Positions 1 through 15,676 are shown, counted from the stretch's first letter. The stretch is 64,000 nt of DNA from Pirellulales bacterium (GCA_963733035.1 CAVTBU010000006.1:160001-224000); one strand, 5' to 3'. The notes: generated by a model from the letters alone, not told the origin. Numbers and translations are program-made.

Positions 1-93
1 CCGAGTACTCGTGCCGCGGTGTTTCGCGTTGCCGTGGACTCCATGCTAGGCTTGGTTCGTAGTTAACACGTCTCAATCTGGGTCTTGGCTATC

Positions 94-1404
94 ATGAAAA
101 TTGCCGTCGTGGGCACGGGTTACGTCGGACTCGTAACGGGCACTTGTTTTGCCGAGAGCGGCAATCATGTGACGTGCGTCGATATCAATGCGGACAAGGT
201 TGCCCGGCTGAACGCCGGTGAGATCCCCATTTATGAGCCCGGCCTGACGGAAATGGTCGAGCACAACACCGAGGCCAAACGGTTATTCTTTACGACCGAA
301 TTGGCGACGGCGATCAAGTCGGCACAACTCGTCTTTCTGGCAGTCGGTACGCCCAGTTCAGACGACGGTTCGGCCGATCTTTCGGCGCTGTGGCGGGTGG
401 TCGACGATATCGCGCCCCACTTGCCGACCGATGCGATCGTGGTCACCAAAAGTACAGTGCCCGTCGGCACCAACTGCGAGATCAACGAGCGGCTGAAACA
501 ACGCACCGGCCGCGACTGCGACGTGGCCAGTAACCCGGAGTTTCTCAAGGAAGGCGCGGCGATTGACGACTTCATCAAGCCCGACCGGGTTGTCGTGGGT
601 GTCCGCCGGCCCGAAGTGGCCGAGGTGTTGCGTGAACTTTACTCGCCGTTCCTGCGCACGGAAAAGCCCTTTTTGGTCATGTCGCCCGAGAGCGCCGAGA
701 TGACGAAATACGTCGCAAACGCGCTGTTGGCCACGAAGATCAGCTTCATCAACGAAATGGCCAATCTTTGCGAGCGGACGCGTGCCGACATCAACGACGT
801 GCGCCGCGGAATCGGCCACGATAGCCGAATTGGCTTTGCGTTCCTTTTTCCCGGCGCGGGATACGGCGGCAGTTGTTTCCCCAAGGACGTACGGGCGCTG
901 GCCTCGACCGCTCGAACCGCGGGGGCTGAACCGGAGATCTTGGACGTCGTCGATCGGGTGAACACGCGACAGAAGTCGATCGTGCCGGACAAAATCGAGC
1001 GGCATTTCGGCGGCAAACTGGCGGGTCGAACCGTGGCGATTTGGGGTCTGGCGTTCAAACCACGGACGGATGACATCCGCGAAGCTCCAGCCCTGGTGCT
1101 CATCGATCGGTTGCTCGCCGGAGGAGCCAAGGTGCAGGTTCACGATCCAGAGGCAATGGAAAACGTTCGGCGGATCTACGGTGACAGGATTTCCTACGCC
1201 GAACAGCCGTACGGGGCGCTTGAGGGAGCCGACGCACTAGCGATCATGACCGAGTGGAAGGAATTCTTGCAGCCAGACTTCGCTCAAATGCGATCGCTGA
1301 TGAAAGCGGCAGTGATCTTTGATGGACGAAATCTCTATAGCCCGCGGCAAATGAAGGCGGCCAAATTCGTCTACTATTCGATTGGCCGGGCCACGGTCGA
1401 GTAG
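94..1404 (+). CDS. ugd: UDP-glucose 6-dehydrogenase (UDP-glucose/GDP-mannose dehydrogenase family)
   Basis: N-terminal [13 protein letters not shown]ossmann motif, SNPEFLKEG, catalytic [26 protein letters not shown] at 94 chosen as start. Confidence 0.95.
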   Translation: MKIAVVGTGYVGLVTGTCFAESGNHVTCVDINADKVARLNAGEIPIYEPGLTEMVEHNTEAKRLFFTTELATAIKSAQLVFLAVGTPSSDDGSADLSALWRVVDDIAPHLPTDAIVVTKSTVPVGTNCEINERLKQRTGRDCDVASNPEFLKEGAAIDDFIKPDRVVVGVRRPEVAEVLRELYSPFLRTEKPFLVMSPESAEMTKYVANALLATKISFINEMANLCERTRADINDVRRGIGHDSRIGFAFLFPGAGYGGSCFPKDVRALASTARTAGAEPEILDVVDRVNTRQKSIVPDKIERHFGGKLAGRTVAIWGLAFKPRTDDIREAPALVLIDRLLAGGAKVQVHDPEAMENVRRIYGDRISYAEQPYGALEGADALAIMTEWKEFLQPDFAQMRSLMKAAVIFDGRNLYSPRQMKAAKFVYYSIGRATVE

Positions 1405-1409
1405 GCGCT

Positions 1410-1841
1410 TTACGAATCCGCTGCCACGCGGCGAAATTCGGCCTCGTCGAGAAGCACCGCCTCACGCGTCAGTTGAAACACCAGCGGTGTCTCGGGCCAG
1501 CCGAGGGCCGTGAGCAGTTGGTCGAACCGTTCGGCAGGGCAGGAACCATTCGCCTCGACGAACAACAAGCGGCCCCGAAGATCGTAGAGATTCCCGTCGA
1601 CTTGCCAGGCGGACTCGCCCGGGGCGGATGTCCAGACGAACGATCCATCGGGTTCGCAAAACATTTGTTCGAGCACCGACAGCCGATCGCAGGCTGCCTC
1701 GAACGTGCAGTTCATCGGCGTGGCCGCCAGCTTTGCCTGCGGGACTTCGAGCGACCGCATCCTGCGGCCGCCCACGTTGAACTCGCCGCCGATCTTGATG
1801 TCGGCGGGGCGGGCGTGGATGGTGAGGAAGAAGCGATACAT
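1410..1841 (-). CDS. Hypothetical protein (143 aa)
   Basis: Protein-like composition (FCEPDGSFVW...WQVDGNLYD); fits exactly between ugd and cutA. Confidence 0.7.
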   Translation of the reverse strand: MYRFFLTIHARPADIKIGGEFNVGGRRMRSLEVPQAKLAATPMNCTFEAACDRLSVLEQMFCEPDGSFVWTSAPGESAWQVDGNLYDLRGRLLFVEANGSCPAERFDQLLTALGWPETPLVFQLTREAVLLDEAEFRRVAADS

Positions 1842-1859
1842 GCGGCGGTGGCTCGCGTC

Positions 1860-2189
1860 CTACTGGCGGTCTTTGGAGACTTCCGCCCGCAGCCATTGGG
1901 CATAGTCGGGTGACGCTTCGACAGCCTCAAAGGCCAGGACTTCGGGCACATCATAGCTGTGCAGTTCACGGATGGCGGCTTCAATGTTTCCGTAGTCGGA
2001 GCGGAGGCTCTTGGCGACGCACAGCCATTCCTGGCCGGATTCGATTTTACCCTGCCAGTGGTAAGTGCTCGTGATGGGTCCCAACACCTGCACGCACGCG
2101 GCCAGACGCCGGGCGACGAGCTGGCCGGCCAGCCGATCGGCCTCTTCGCGACTGGAGGTCGTGGTGACGACCTGGACGATTTCTGCCAT
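1860..2189 (-). CDS. cutA: Divalent-cation tolerance protein CutA
   Basis: MAEIVQVVTTT...LAACVQV...STYHWQGKIE...LHSYDVPEV; start trimmed to ATG at 2189. Confidence 0.92.
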   Translation of the reverse strand: MAEIVQVVTTTSSREEADRLAGQLVARRLAACVQVLGPITSTYHWQGKIESGQEWLCVAKSLRSDYGNIEAAIRELHSYDVPEVLAFEAVEASPDYAQWLRAEVSKDRQ

Positions 2190-2250
2190 GGTCGATCGGT
2201 TACTGCACATGGTGGAAAGTCGAGATCGCGTGGCGGCGGCCTGGTGAGCG

Positions 2251-3441
2251 TTACTGGACTGCTGTGGCCGCGGCGGCCGAAGCGCTCTTACCCGTGTCGC
2301 CAGCCGGTCGCAGTTTTTCCAAGCTGCTTTTGACTTTGGCCAGTTCGTCGGCCAAGGCCTTGTCGTCGGGATGCGCGTCGACCATTTGTTGGCGCAGTTC
2401 GACCGCGCGCTCGTAGTTGGCGATTGCCTTGTCCGTTTGACCGTCGCGACGCTGCAAATTAGCAGCACCTACCAGAGCTTCGACCAATCGGGCTTGGAAG
2501 TCGGCATTCGATGGTTCGTCTCGTACCAGTGTCTCGAGGACGTCGCGAGCTTGAATCCAGGCGTTGAGCGCGAACGTAGCCCGGTCGGGTGCCATGGCTT
2601 GCAACGTCCCTGAAATTCGGAGCATGCCGGCCAAATCGTTGCGAAAGACTGTTGCCTGGGGATTTTTTGTGGCGAGGTCTTGAAGCGTGCCGATCGCTTG
2701 CGTAAAAGTGAACAACAAGCCGGCGATGTGCGCTTCCGTTTTGGCGTCTTTCACGAAAACCCAGTCCGTCGGCGCGGTCATCTTCAGGGCCGATTCATTC
2801 AAGCTCGGATAGCGGTCGATGTCGTAGCCGGCTTCCATCATTTTGCGCACCGCTTCCATACCGCTGCCTAAGCTGCTTACGCAAGCGCCGGCGCCAATCT
2901 TGGCCTGCAGGCCAGCCAGGTAATAAGATGCGGCTGCCGCCATGTCGAGCCTCTCGGGATCACCGTTGGTCGACTCCAGAATTTCTTGATAGCCCTTGAT
3001 CGCGGGGGCGAAGATCTCCTGACGTGCCTGGGCATTGGGCGCCCCTTTCAGCCGGCTACTATTGGCAGCCGCCAACACGGTGTCATCGAAAGCCTTGGTT
3101 GTGACCGCCAGACTCTCTTGAAGCTGGTCTCGACGCTTGATGGCCCGCGTCGCCACCATCGTCGAGCCAACGGCAATGGTAATGGCGCCGACGAACAGGA
3201 AGATGCCCAGCATGCGGTTGAGCGTTCCGCGCAGCCCGCCAATGGTTCGCTTGCTGTTCGCTTTGGTGGCCTTGGTTTGGGCTGAAGTCGCAACCTGGGC
3301 TTGGGGAACGACCGCCACGGGCGCGGCTTCGGTCATCGGCATTGCGGCCGCGGCCAGGAGGGCCCCACAGGCAGGACATGCTTCGAGGTCTTCGCCTTCG
3401 GTTTGAGGGTCGACAATGTGTTGGCAGGTCGCGCATTGCAT
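2251..3441 (-). CDS. Membrane-anchored TPR-like protein with N-terminal Zn-ribbon
   Basis: CATC...CPAC at the N-terminus, hydrophobic segment MLGIFLFVGAITIAVG, then helical TPR-like repeats (AIANYERAVELRQQMVDAHP). Confidence 0.75.
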   Translation of the reverse strand: MQCATCQHIVDPQTEGEDLEACPACGALLAAAAMPMTEAAPVAVVPQAQVATSAQTKATKANSKRTIGGLRGTLNRMLGIFLFVGAITIAVGSTMVATRAIKRRDQLQESLAVTTKAFDDTVLAAANSSRLKGAPNAQARQEIFAPAIKGYQEILESTNGDPERLDMAAAASYYLAGLQAKIGAGACVSSLGSGMEAVRKMMEAGYDIDRYPSLNESALKMTAPTDWVFVKDAKTEAHIAGLLFTFTQAIGTLQDLATKNPQATVFRNDLAGMLRISGTLQAMAPDRATFALNAWIQARDVLETLVRDEPSNADFQARLVEALVGAANLQRRDGQTDKAIANYERAVELRQQMVDAHPDDKALADELAKVKSSLEKLRPAGDTGKSASAAAATAVQ

Positions 3442-3585
3442 GATGCTTGGCTCACACGCTGGGTTTGCCCGAGAGGAATGAAGAGCATCCATTTTCCTCG
3501 GGAGGTCAGCGGCAGTCAAATGGGTTGGGACTCAGGCAGGGCGTTGGCGTGAGAATTCGGATTGGCGGCCGTAAAACGGGCGCAT

Positions 3586-4272
3586 TCAGCCTCGACGAAT
3601 CTCGTAGATCGAGACGGTCAGTCTGGCTCCGGCGTCGACCGTTGGCACGCGGGCCACGCACTCGGCTTTGAGCCCCAATGGGGTGCAATGCGCGGCAAAG
3701 TCCTCGGCCGTTCGGCGACCGGGATCGGTGACGAGCGCCCGGCCCTCGGAGGACAGGCAGCTGGCGATAACGTTGGCCACCAGAGCTGCCTGTGGCTTTT
3801 CGTAGAGCACGTCGGCGGCGAGGATGGTGTCGAAAATGCCCAGATCGTCGGGCAGTTTGCGCCAATCGACCAGCCGGGTATCGACGCCACGGATGCCGTT
3901 CCGCTCGGCGTTGACCGCGGTGAATTCGAGGGCGTCTGCGTAATAGTCCGTTGCCAGCACCTCGAAGCCGGTCGCGGCGGCCACCAGCGACGGCAGACCG
4001 ATGCCGCAACCCAACTCCAACAGCGTCTTCCCTTGGTCGTCGATCGCGGCAAGACGTTCGGCAAGAACGCGGGCGCTAGGCCAGACGTCGGCCCAGTAGG
4101 GAATCCGTTCGTCGATGGCGAAATCTTCTTCGCTGATCAGGTCGTCGACGTTGCGCGGTCGCAAGAGTCGGTACTGGCGGCCGCCAACGGTCAGTTCGGT
4201 TTGGGCCAACTCGAAGCGGCGGCGCAATGACGCGGGCGCGCTAAATTCATTGCTGGAAGAACTAGCGGGCAT
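3586..4272 (-). CDS. Class I SAM-dependent methyltransferase (lysine methyltransferase/Methyltransf_16-like)
   Basis: PYWADVWPSA, LLELGCGIGL, DTILAADVLY motifs. Confidence 0.88.
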   Translation of the reverse strand: MPASSSSNEFSAPASLRRRFELAQTELTVGGRQYRLLRPRNVDDLISEEDFAIDERIPYWADVWPSARVLAERLAAIDDQGKTLLELGCGIGLPSLVAAATGFEVLATDYYADALEFTAVNAERNGIRGVDTRLVDWRKLPDDLGIFDTILAADVLYEKPQAALVANVIASCLSSEGRALVTDPGRRTAEDFAAHCTPLGLKAECVARVPTVDAGARLTVSIYEIRRG

Positions 4273-4284
4273 CGTGCGAGCGGC

Positions 4285-4662
4285 CTATTGCTTGAGCCGG
4301 ACGGGCAACTCGTCGATTTTGGCCGCCAAAATGAAATCATTTTCGGAGAGTCCGCCAATGGCATGCGTATAAACTTCAATCCATACGTTGCGATAACCCT
4401 CCAGGTGCAAGTCGGGGTGGTGTCCCTCGTCCTCGGCCACGTCGGCCACGGCGTTAAAGAACTCCATGCCGGCCAGGAAATGTTTCACGACCCAGTCCTT
4501 GCGAATTCGCTCGCCACCGTGCGTCAAGTGCCAACCAGACAGCTTCTCTAGCTGTGCTTTGGCTTCATCGGCGGAATACTTTGGTACGCCGCCTTCGCAG
4601 GGAACGCACTTTTTCTTCGTCAGTTGTTCGGCGGTTTGGCTTTCCACGTCGGGCTCCTCCAC
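4285..4662 (-). CDS. phhB: Pterin-4-alpha-carbinolamine dehydratase
   Basis: CVPCEGG, EGHHPDLH, THAIGGLSENDFILAAKID signature. Confidence 0.92.
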   Translation of the reverse strand: MEEPDVESQTAEQLTKKKCVPCEGGVPKYSADEAKAQLEKLSGWHLTHGGERIRKDWVVKHFLAGMEFFNAVADVAEDEGHHPDLHLEGYRNVWIEVYTHAIGGLSENDFILAAKIDELPVRLKQ

Positions 4663-4818
4663 GAGCAGATCAGGATGACAAGACTTGTCGCCCCCTGTGC
4701 CGTATTATCTCGCTCGGATGCGCTGCGTCAAACCGGCGAATTTCACAAAACCGGCGCATGAAAAGCCCAGCGAAGCATCCCCCGGAGTTTTCCGAAGAAC
4801 GTTTGCTGTTGGGTTTGC

Positions 4819-5229
4819 TTAGACGGTGGTCAGATGCGGCCGGGGGGCGCGGCGAGTGCGCTCGACGAGTTCGACGAAGACCGGAGCATCGAACGGCTTG
4901 CGGAGATAATAGGTGCCGCCGGGTGTATCCGCACGGCGAATGACGTCGGGCGTTTGCATCGATGAGAGGAACATTACCGGCACGTCGTTCAGGTCGCAGC
5001 GCCGCCGCAGTTCATCGCAAAATGCCAATCCGCCGCGGCTGGCCAGGTTGGCGTCGGCAACAATCAGATCGGGCACGACCCGGCCGATGCATTCGGCCGC
5101 CTCGTCCATGTTTTGAGCCCGTTGGCAATCGTAGCCAATGCGGTGCATGATGCGGGCGATCTCGCTGAGCACCTCGGGATGGTTGTCGATGGCCAGGATA
5201 TTGATTTGCGCCGGACGATTCTCGTACAT
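4819..5229 (-). CDS. Single-domain response regulator (receiver)
   Basis: ILAIDN...PDLIVAD...PVMFLS...YLRKPFD receiver fold motifs. Confidence 0.85.
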   Translation of the reverse strand: MYENRPAQINILAIDNHPEVLSEIARIMHRIGYDCQRAQNMDEAAECIGRVVPDLIVADANLASRGGLAFCDELRRRCDLNDVPVMFLSSMQTPDVIRRADTPGGTYYLRKPFDAPVFVELVERTRRAPRPHLTTV

Positions 5230-5726
5230 GGCCTTGCCCCCTCACGGTTCCGCGGTTTTGCTCGCCTTCAAAACCCGCTCGTCCATGGCCGTCAAAGTTT
5301 GTGTTGCCGGCAGAGTGGGCTTCCTGGCATATATTCGACGCTGGCAGTCGATTTTCTTCACCGACACCGGAAAGCTTTTGCAGTCCGAGCCGCTTACCCG
5401 CGCGCCACCATCCGCCCAGCCGGTACAACCAGCTCGGCAGCAGCGCTTCGACCGAGTCGTTCGCAATGTGCGGAAGAATCGGTTTCTAGTGTTTACTACG
5501 CAGCGTGTGCGGCATCAGTGCGCGCTTGGTGTGGTTGAGAAGTGGCGGGCGAGTTACCGACTAACTGGTCGGTCGCCTGCGACACCATTGGCATCAATTG
5601 ACCCAATCGATGCGCGCGACGAAGTGGTGTAAGAGGGGCAGTCGTCCGCGAAGCAAACCACAGGTGTTGAACAAAACAGATCGGTGCCGATCCGCCTGGC
5701 GCGAACCGGCGTCCAGTGCCACCGGC

Positions 5727-7207
5727 CTACTTCCATGCGAAGTCGCCGGCGTTGACGCTGGGGAGGTTGCTGACGCCCATCAGGTGCTTGTCGACGGCTC
5801 GGGCGGCTTCGCGGCCTTCGTGGATGGCCCACACGACCAGCGACTGGCCGCGACGCATGTCTCCGGCGGCGAATACGCCGGCGACGCTCGACATGTAGTT
5901 GGCGTCACATTTCACGTTGCCGCGCGGGTCGAGCTCGAGGCCGAGCTGTTCGATCGCCCCTCGCTTTTCGGGACCGAGGAAACCCATGGCCAATAGGACG
6001 AGCTGGGCCGGCCAGACTTTCTCGCTGCCCGGCACTTCGCTGGGCGTGAGGCGGCCGTTGGCGTCCTTGTTCCACTCGACGCGAACGGTGCGGAGGCCTT
6101 GCAGGTTTCCGTCGTCATCGCCGATGAATTCCTTGGTCTCGATGCTGAACTCGCGATCGCAGCCCTCTTCGTGCGAAGTGCTAGTGCGGAAAATGACCGG
6201 CCAGTAAGGCCAGGGGCTGTTGGTCGGTCGCTCGGCAGCTCGCGGAAACTGGCCCACGTCGGGCGGGGCAGGGAACAGTTCGAATTGCGTCAGGCTGGCG
6301 CAGCCCTGGCGGTTCGAGGTGCCGGTGCAGTCGCTGCCGGTGTCGCCGCCGCCAATGACGATCACGTGCTTGCCGGTGGCCAGGATCTGGCCGTCGACCT
6401 TGTCGCCCTGGTTGACCTTGTTTTGCTGCGGCAGGAACTCCATGGCGAAGTGCACGCCCTTCAGGTCGCGACCAGGAATGGCCAGGTCGCGCGGCTGGGT
6501 CGATCCACCAGTGAGCAATAGCGCGTCGTAATTGTCGCGCAGTTCGTCGACCGAAACGTTTACTCCCACGTTGGCGCCCGTGCGGAACTCGACGCCTTCG
6601 GCCCGCATCTGGTCGATGCGACGCCAGACGCGCGATTTTTCGAGCTTGAAGTCGGGAATGCCGTACATCAACAGTCCGCCCGGACGGTCGGCCCGTTCGA
6701 ACACGGTGACCCAGTGGCCGGCGCGGTTGAGCTGTTGGGCCGCGGCCAGGCCCGAGGGCCCGCTGCCGACGATGGCGACTTTCTTGCCGGTGCGGGCCAG
6801 TGGCGGTTCGGGGGCGATCCAGCCCTCGTCCCAACTGCGATCGGCGATCGAGACTTCGATCAGTTTGATCGAAACCGGATCTTCGTTGATGCCCAGCACG
6901 CAGGCCGCTTCGCAGGGGGCCGGGCAGACGCGACCGGTGAACTCAGGAAAATTGTTCGTGGCGTGCAATCGTTCCGAAGCTTCGCGCCACTGTCCGCGAT
7001 AGACCAGGTCGTTCCAGTCCGGAATGATGTTTCCCAGCGGGCAGCCCGTGTGACAAAACGGGATGCCGCAGTCCATGCAGCGTGCCGCCTTGCGTCTGCA
7101 TTTCCTCGGGCGGAATAACGTTGAGGAATTCGTTGTAATGTTTGAGGCGTGCTTCCACGGGCTCTTTGGGCACGTAGTTGCGCGGATATTTCATGAAGCC
7201 GTTTATT

Positions 7208-7215
<8 letters not shown>
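5727..7215 (-). CDS. gltD: Glutamate synthase small subunit (one apparent frameshift at ~7086)
   Basis: [10 protein letters not shown]...TQG joins (A)[11 protein letters not shown] across an extra base; [37 protein letters not shown]. Confidence 0.95.
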
Positions 7216-11782
<4,567 letters not shown>

Positions 11783-11804
11783 GGCGGATTCCCTTACTCT
11801 TGCC

Positions 11805-12884
11805 TTACTTTGCCCTGACGCGTGCCATGCGTCGCGGCCGAGCGCTGGGGTCGTGTGATGGTTGGTTTTGCGGTTTGCTATCGGACACGGCTGCGGCGCC
11901 GTTGGTTCCATGGGGTGCATGACCGTTTGGCGCGTGCGTTGCGTTGCCGTTGGAATCAGCCACGGCCGCTCGGCACTCCTGGCACTCACTTGCCGTGCCC
12001 TGCTGCCCTTCGTTGCGCAATAGTTCGATGAAGCGGCGGGTCGTGCTACCTAGTTCTTTGCCGCGGCGATGGATGATGCCCAACGGACGCACGAGTTCAT
12101 CGCTGTCGAGCGGTACTTTAACCAGCGAGCCGGCTTCCACTTCGCGCAGCACGGTTGGCTCGGGCAGCAACGCCACGCCAGCATCGATTTCGACTGCGCG
12201 TTTGATGGTTTCGATGTTATCGAACTCCATCGCCACGCGAACCTCGACGTCGTGAAGCTGGAGGATACGATCGATCTCGCGGCGGATGGTCAAGTCGCTG
12301 TCGAAGCCGATCATCCGCTGGCCGCTAAGGTCCTTGAAGGCAATGGACTTGTAATTCCCGAGGGGATTCCCCGGAGCACAAACCAATACCATGGGCTCCT
12401 CGCGCCAGCCGATTGCTTCGATGGTGCGTGAAGCGCGAGGATAACTTACCAGCCCCAGATCGGCATGGTCCTTTTCGACCGCGTCGTAAACGCGATGCGG
12501 ATGTTGGTATTCCAGCCGGACGTTTGCCTTGGGGTATTGCGTCAAGAACTGTTGCAGGTAGCGGCTCATGTGGTGCAGGCCAACCGAATAGATCGATACG
12601 ACGCGCACCCGGCCGGCAACCTCTTCGTGCAGTGTGCGCACCTGGTCTTCGAGTGCGTCGTAGCGTTGCACGAGTTTGCGGCAGCCCTCGTAGAAAGTTT
12701 CGCCCTCGGGAGTGAGGACAAAGGGGCGCTTGGAGCGATCGATTAGCTTCACGCCCAGTCGGCGTTCCAGTTGATTGACGACCTGGCTGGCGCCGCTCTG
12801 GGAAATGCCGTTTTCGTCGGCAGCCCGGGAAAAGCTCCGCCAGCCCACGACGTCACAAAAGACCTTGAGGGATTTGAGGTGCAT
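11805..12884 (-). CDS. LysR-family transcriptional regulator
   Basis: [51 protein letters not shown] substrate-binding domain; low-complexity C-terminal tail. Confidence 0.93.
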   Translation of the reverse strand: MHLKSLKVFCDVVGWRSFSRAADENGISQSGASQVVNQLERRLGVKLIDRSKRPFVLTPEGETFYEGCRKLVQRYDALEDQVRTLHEEVAGRVRVVSIYSVGLHHMSRYLQQFLTQYPKANVRLEYQHPHRVYDAVEKDHADLGLVSYPRASRTIEAIGWREEPMVLVCAPGNPLGNYKSIAFKDLSGQRMIGFDSDLTIRREIDRILQLHDVEVRVAMEFDNIETIKRAVEIDAGVALLPEPTVLREVEAGSLVKVPLDSDELVRPLGIIHRRGKELGSTTRRFIELLRNEGQQGTASECQECRAAVADSNGNATHAPNGHAPHGTNGAAAVSDSKPQNQPSHDPSARPRRMARVRAK

Positions 12885-12948
12885 AGGGGGCGGTGCCTAA
12901 TCAGAAATAGAAATAGAATGGCTTCACAGGATTTGAGGCGAACATAAT

Positions 12949-12977
12949 AAGCTAGACGTCCTGGAAAGGGGCGTCAA
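12949..12977 (-). promoter_or_regulatory. Putative sigma70 promoter of the lysR-gltB-gltD unit
   Basis: TTGACG-17 nt-TAGCTT on the minus strand in an AT-rich intergenic stretch. Confidence 0.55.
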
Positions 12978-13257
12978 GCAGTTTTTTGGGAGCCAAGTAG
13001 CTCGCGCACGGGTTGTTAGAATGCTAAATGTCGTTTGATATACGACGCGCAACATTTTTCTCCTAAATATTTTGTATCGATTTCGAAGCGGCATTGCGCG
13101 AGTGCGAATCATCAGTATTCGTTCTGCGGAGCGCAAAACATCGACAGCTCAGCTACGCGTCCGAGGGGGGCCCACGGGCGAGCTGACAGCACTCGCCGCG
13201 ACGTCGGTCGGGTAGGGCAGGTAGGGGGGTAATCTCGACCGCCGGAGGCGCAAGAAG

Positions 13258-13289
13258 CGGGCTCAGTTTCCGGGGGGAACCTGAGCCCG
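13258..13289 (-). terminator. Stem-loop downstream of the cyclophilin gene
   Basis: CGGGCTCAG..TTCC-CCCC-GGAA..CTGAGCCCG followed by CTTCTT on the minus strand. Confidence 0.45.
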
Positions 13290-13320
13290 GCGGAGAACGC
13301 TGGAACGGGCGGAGCCGCTG

Positions 13321-14424
13321 TCAATCGGGCCGCGTTACTGGCTTGTACGCGTGCGGCCGCTTAGAAACGACCGAGGCGGAAATGATCTTGTCCGGTTCGG
13401 GACGGCCCGGCACCCCCTCGGTGCGGTGAAGTTTCGAGAGTACGTCCATGCCTTCGACGACACGGCCGAACACGGTGTGTTTGCCGTCGAGGTGGCTCGT
13501 CGGCACAAAACAGAGGAAGAATTGGGATCCGCCGCTGTCGGGAGCCGCCGTCTTGGCCATGCTCAGGCTGCCACGGAAGTGTTCGCGGTGGTTACTCACT
13601 CCGACTTCGTCGGGAATGGTGTAGCCGGGGCCTCCCGAGCCGTCGCCGTTGGGGTCGCCTCCCTGAGCCATGAAGCCCGGGATGACCCGGTGGAACAGCA
13701 GTCCGTCATAGTATTTCTTGTCGACCAGGTTGACGAAATTGGCGACCGTGTTGGGTGCTTCGTTTTCGAATAGTTCGACGACGATGTCACCTTGCGAGGT
13801 GTGCAACCTGACCTTGGGGAGGTCTCCGGCAGCTTCCTCCTTTTCGCGGAGGGATTTCTCCCGAGCCCACTTTTCCTTGTACTGATCGGCCGATTCGAGG
13901 TAACGCAGTCCGTCTCGATTGATGGCGTTCTTGTCCTTGGCGGTCTGCAGGTGTTGTTTGGCGGCATCAAAGTCATTGGTGTTGAAGAATGCCACGCCTG
14001 CCAACAGGTCGAGATTCGGGTTATCGGCCTTATATTTCACGAGCGTCGTGGCGAGCTCGGAGGCCTTCTCGAAGTTGTCCGATCCGACATAGTCGGCCAG
14101 TGCCGCGACCAGGAAATCGGAGACTTCCTTGTTTTCGTTGGGTTTGGCGACGTATGCTTTTTCGGCTGCGTCCACGAGCGACGGCATCAGCTTTTTAACT
14201 TTCTCACTGAGTTCCTCGGCCTCTTGCTCGAGGGCCGTTTTGTTGGCCGATGCGTCGGTTTGATATTGCTGTCGCAATTGGACAAAACGAGCCAGATGCT
14301 GTTTCCACTGCGCAAACAACTTGGGAAAGTCCGCGGCCGTGACCGGAGCCGGCTGGTCGGCTGCCGATGCGAGCGAGCCCAACATCAGTAAGAGTGCCAA
14401 TGCAATCCAATGGCGGCGGTTCAT
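13321..14424 (-). CDS. Secreted cyclophilin-type peptidyl-prolyl cis-trans isomerase with N-terminal helical/TPR region
   Basis: Signal peptide MNRRHWIALALL...ASA; FHRVIPGFMAQGGDP, SGGSQFF, HLDGKHTVFGRV. Confidence 0.93.
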   Translation of the reverse strand: MNRRHWIALALLLMLGSLASAADQPAPVTAADFPKLFAQWKQHLARFVQLRQQYQTDASANKTALEQEAEELSEKVKKLMPSLVDAAEKAYVAKPNENKEVSDFLVAALADYVGSDNFEKASELATTLVKYKADNPNLDLLAGVAFFNTNDFDAAKQHLQTAKDKNAINRDGLRYLESADQYKEKWAREKSLREKEEAAGDLPKVRLHTSQGDIVVELFENEAPNTVANFVNLVDKKYYDGLLFHRVIPGFMAQGGDPNGDGSGGPGYTIPDEVGVSNHREHFRGSLSMAKTAAPDSGGSQFFLCFVPTSHLDGKHTVFGRVVEGMDVLSKLHRTEGVPGRPEPDKIISASVVSKRPHAYKPVTRPD

Positions 14425-14578
14425 GAGAAGTCCTGACAGGGGGTTCAGTTGGAGGGACGAAAAGCGTAACAATCAGATATATTTAGCATAACAGAATTTG
14501 CGGCACTGACAGCGGGGCCCGGCAGGACACGCCTCCTGGGAATTCGCCGCGGCCGTTCGTGATTTTTGAGGGCAGATC

Positions 14579-15209
14579 TTGGCGCGTCACCGGAAAAATC
14601 CCGCCGATCAACACGATCGCCATGCGCGGGGCGAGGCACCTAATTCTCTGCGGATCATCGGCGGCCAATTCCGCGGTCGCAAACTCATCTATACTGGTGA
14701 TCTACGCACGCGGCCGATGAAAGATCGCGTCCGGGAGGCAGTTTTTAATCTCGTCGGCACGGACGCCGCCGGAAAGCACGCTATCGATTTGTTCGCCGGA
14801 ACGGGCGCGCTCGGACTGGAGGCCCTCAGTCGCGGGGCCGCTCAAGCCACCTTCGTCGAGCAACACTTTCCCACGGCACGCGTGGTGCGGCAAAATGCCG
14901 CGCTCCTCGACGTCGCCGATCGCTGCCAGGTCGATGCCGGCAATGTCTTTTTATGGGTGCGGGGAGCGGAAATCGACGCCAGCCGACCGTGGCTCGTCTT
15001 TTGTTCGCCGCCGTTTTCGTTCTACGTCGAACGGCAACCAGAAATTCTGTCGCTTATCGGAGCATTGGTCGAAACGCGCACCCTCGGAAAGCGTGTTTGT
15101 CGTGGAATCCGACTCCCGATTCGATAACAACTTGTTGCCCGCAAGCCTGTCGTGGGACGTTCGACCCTATCCGCCCGCAGTCGTGGCGGTCGGTCGCAAG
15201 CAAAGCTAA
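14579..15209 (+). CDS. rsmD: 16S rRNA m2G966 methyltransferase RsmD-like (frameshift at ~15073)
   Basis: LRIIGGQFRGRKL, TRPMKDRVREAVFN, DLFAGTGALGLEALSRGA; C-terminus (RAPSESVFVVES...YPPAVVAV) continues in another frame. Confidence 0.88.
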
Positions 15210-15276
15210 CGGCCCCGGACAAATTCGGCGGGCTATCGCGAAAGTGCCGCGGTCGAAAACCTGACGAGGGGGAAAA

Positions 15277-15642
15277 ATGGACATCCAGAATCGAGACCGA
15301 GTTCCAAGCTTCACGACGAAAGACGGGTCCGAGATCCGCGAGCTGCTGGCACATCGAAATTCGTGCATCGCAAAGCAAAGTCTCGCCGAGGCACGGCTAC
15401 CGGCTGGCGGCAGTACGACGCCACACTACCACCCCTTGACCGAAGAGATTTACTACATCCTCAGTGGCCAGGGCCGGATGCGGATTGGCGCGGAGGTAGA
15501 AGAAGTTGGACCCGGTGATGCCATTGCCATTCCACCTGGTCAACAGCATCAGATCACCAACACCGGGATGGAGACGTTGGTATTTCTCTGCTGCTGTGCA
15601 CCGGCGTACGAGCACGCCGACACCGTGCTGGTGGAAGCTTGA
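15277..15642 (+). CDS. Cupin domain protein
   Basis: PHYHPLTEEIYYILSGQG and AIPPGQQHQI cupin motifs; GAGGGGG RBS. Confidence 0.9.
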   Translation: MDIQNRDRVPSFTTKDGSEIRELLAHRNSCIAKQSLAEARLPAGGSTTPHYHPLTEEIYYILSGQGRMRIGAEVEEVGPGDAIAIPPGQQHQITNTGMETLVFLCCCAPAYEHADTVLVEA

Positions 15643-15676
15643 GCCACCGCCGCGCCTGCCGATTCGCGAGACCCGA

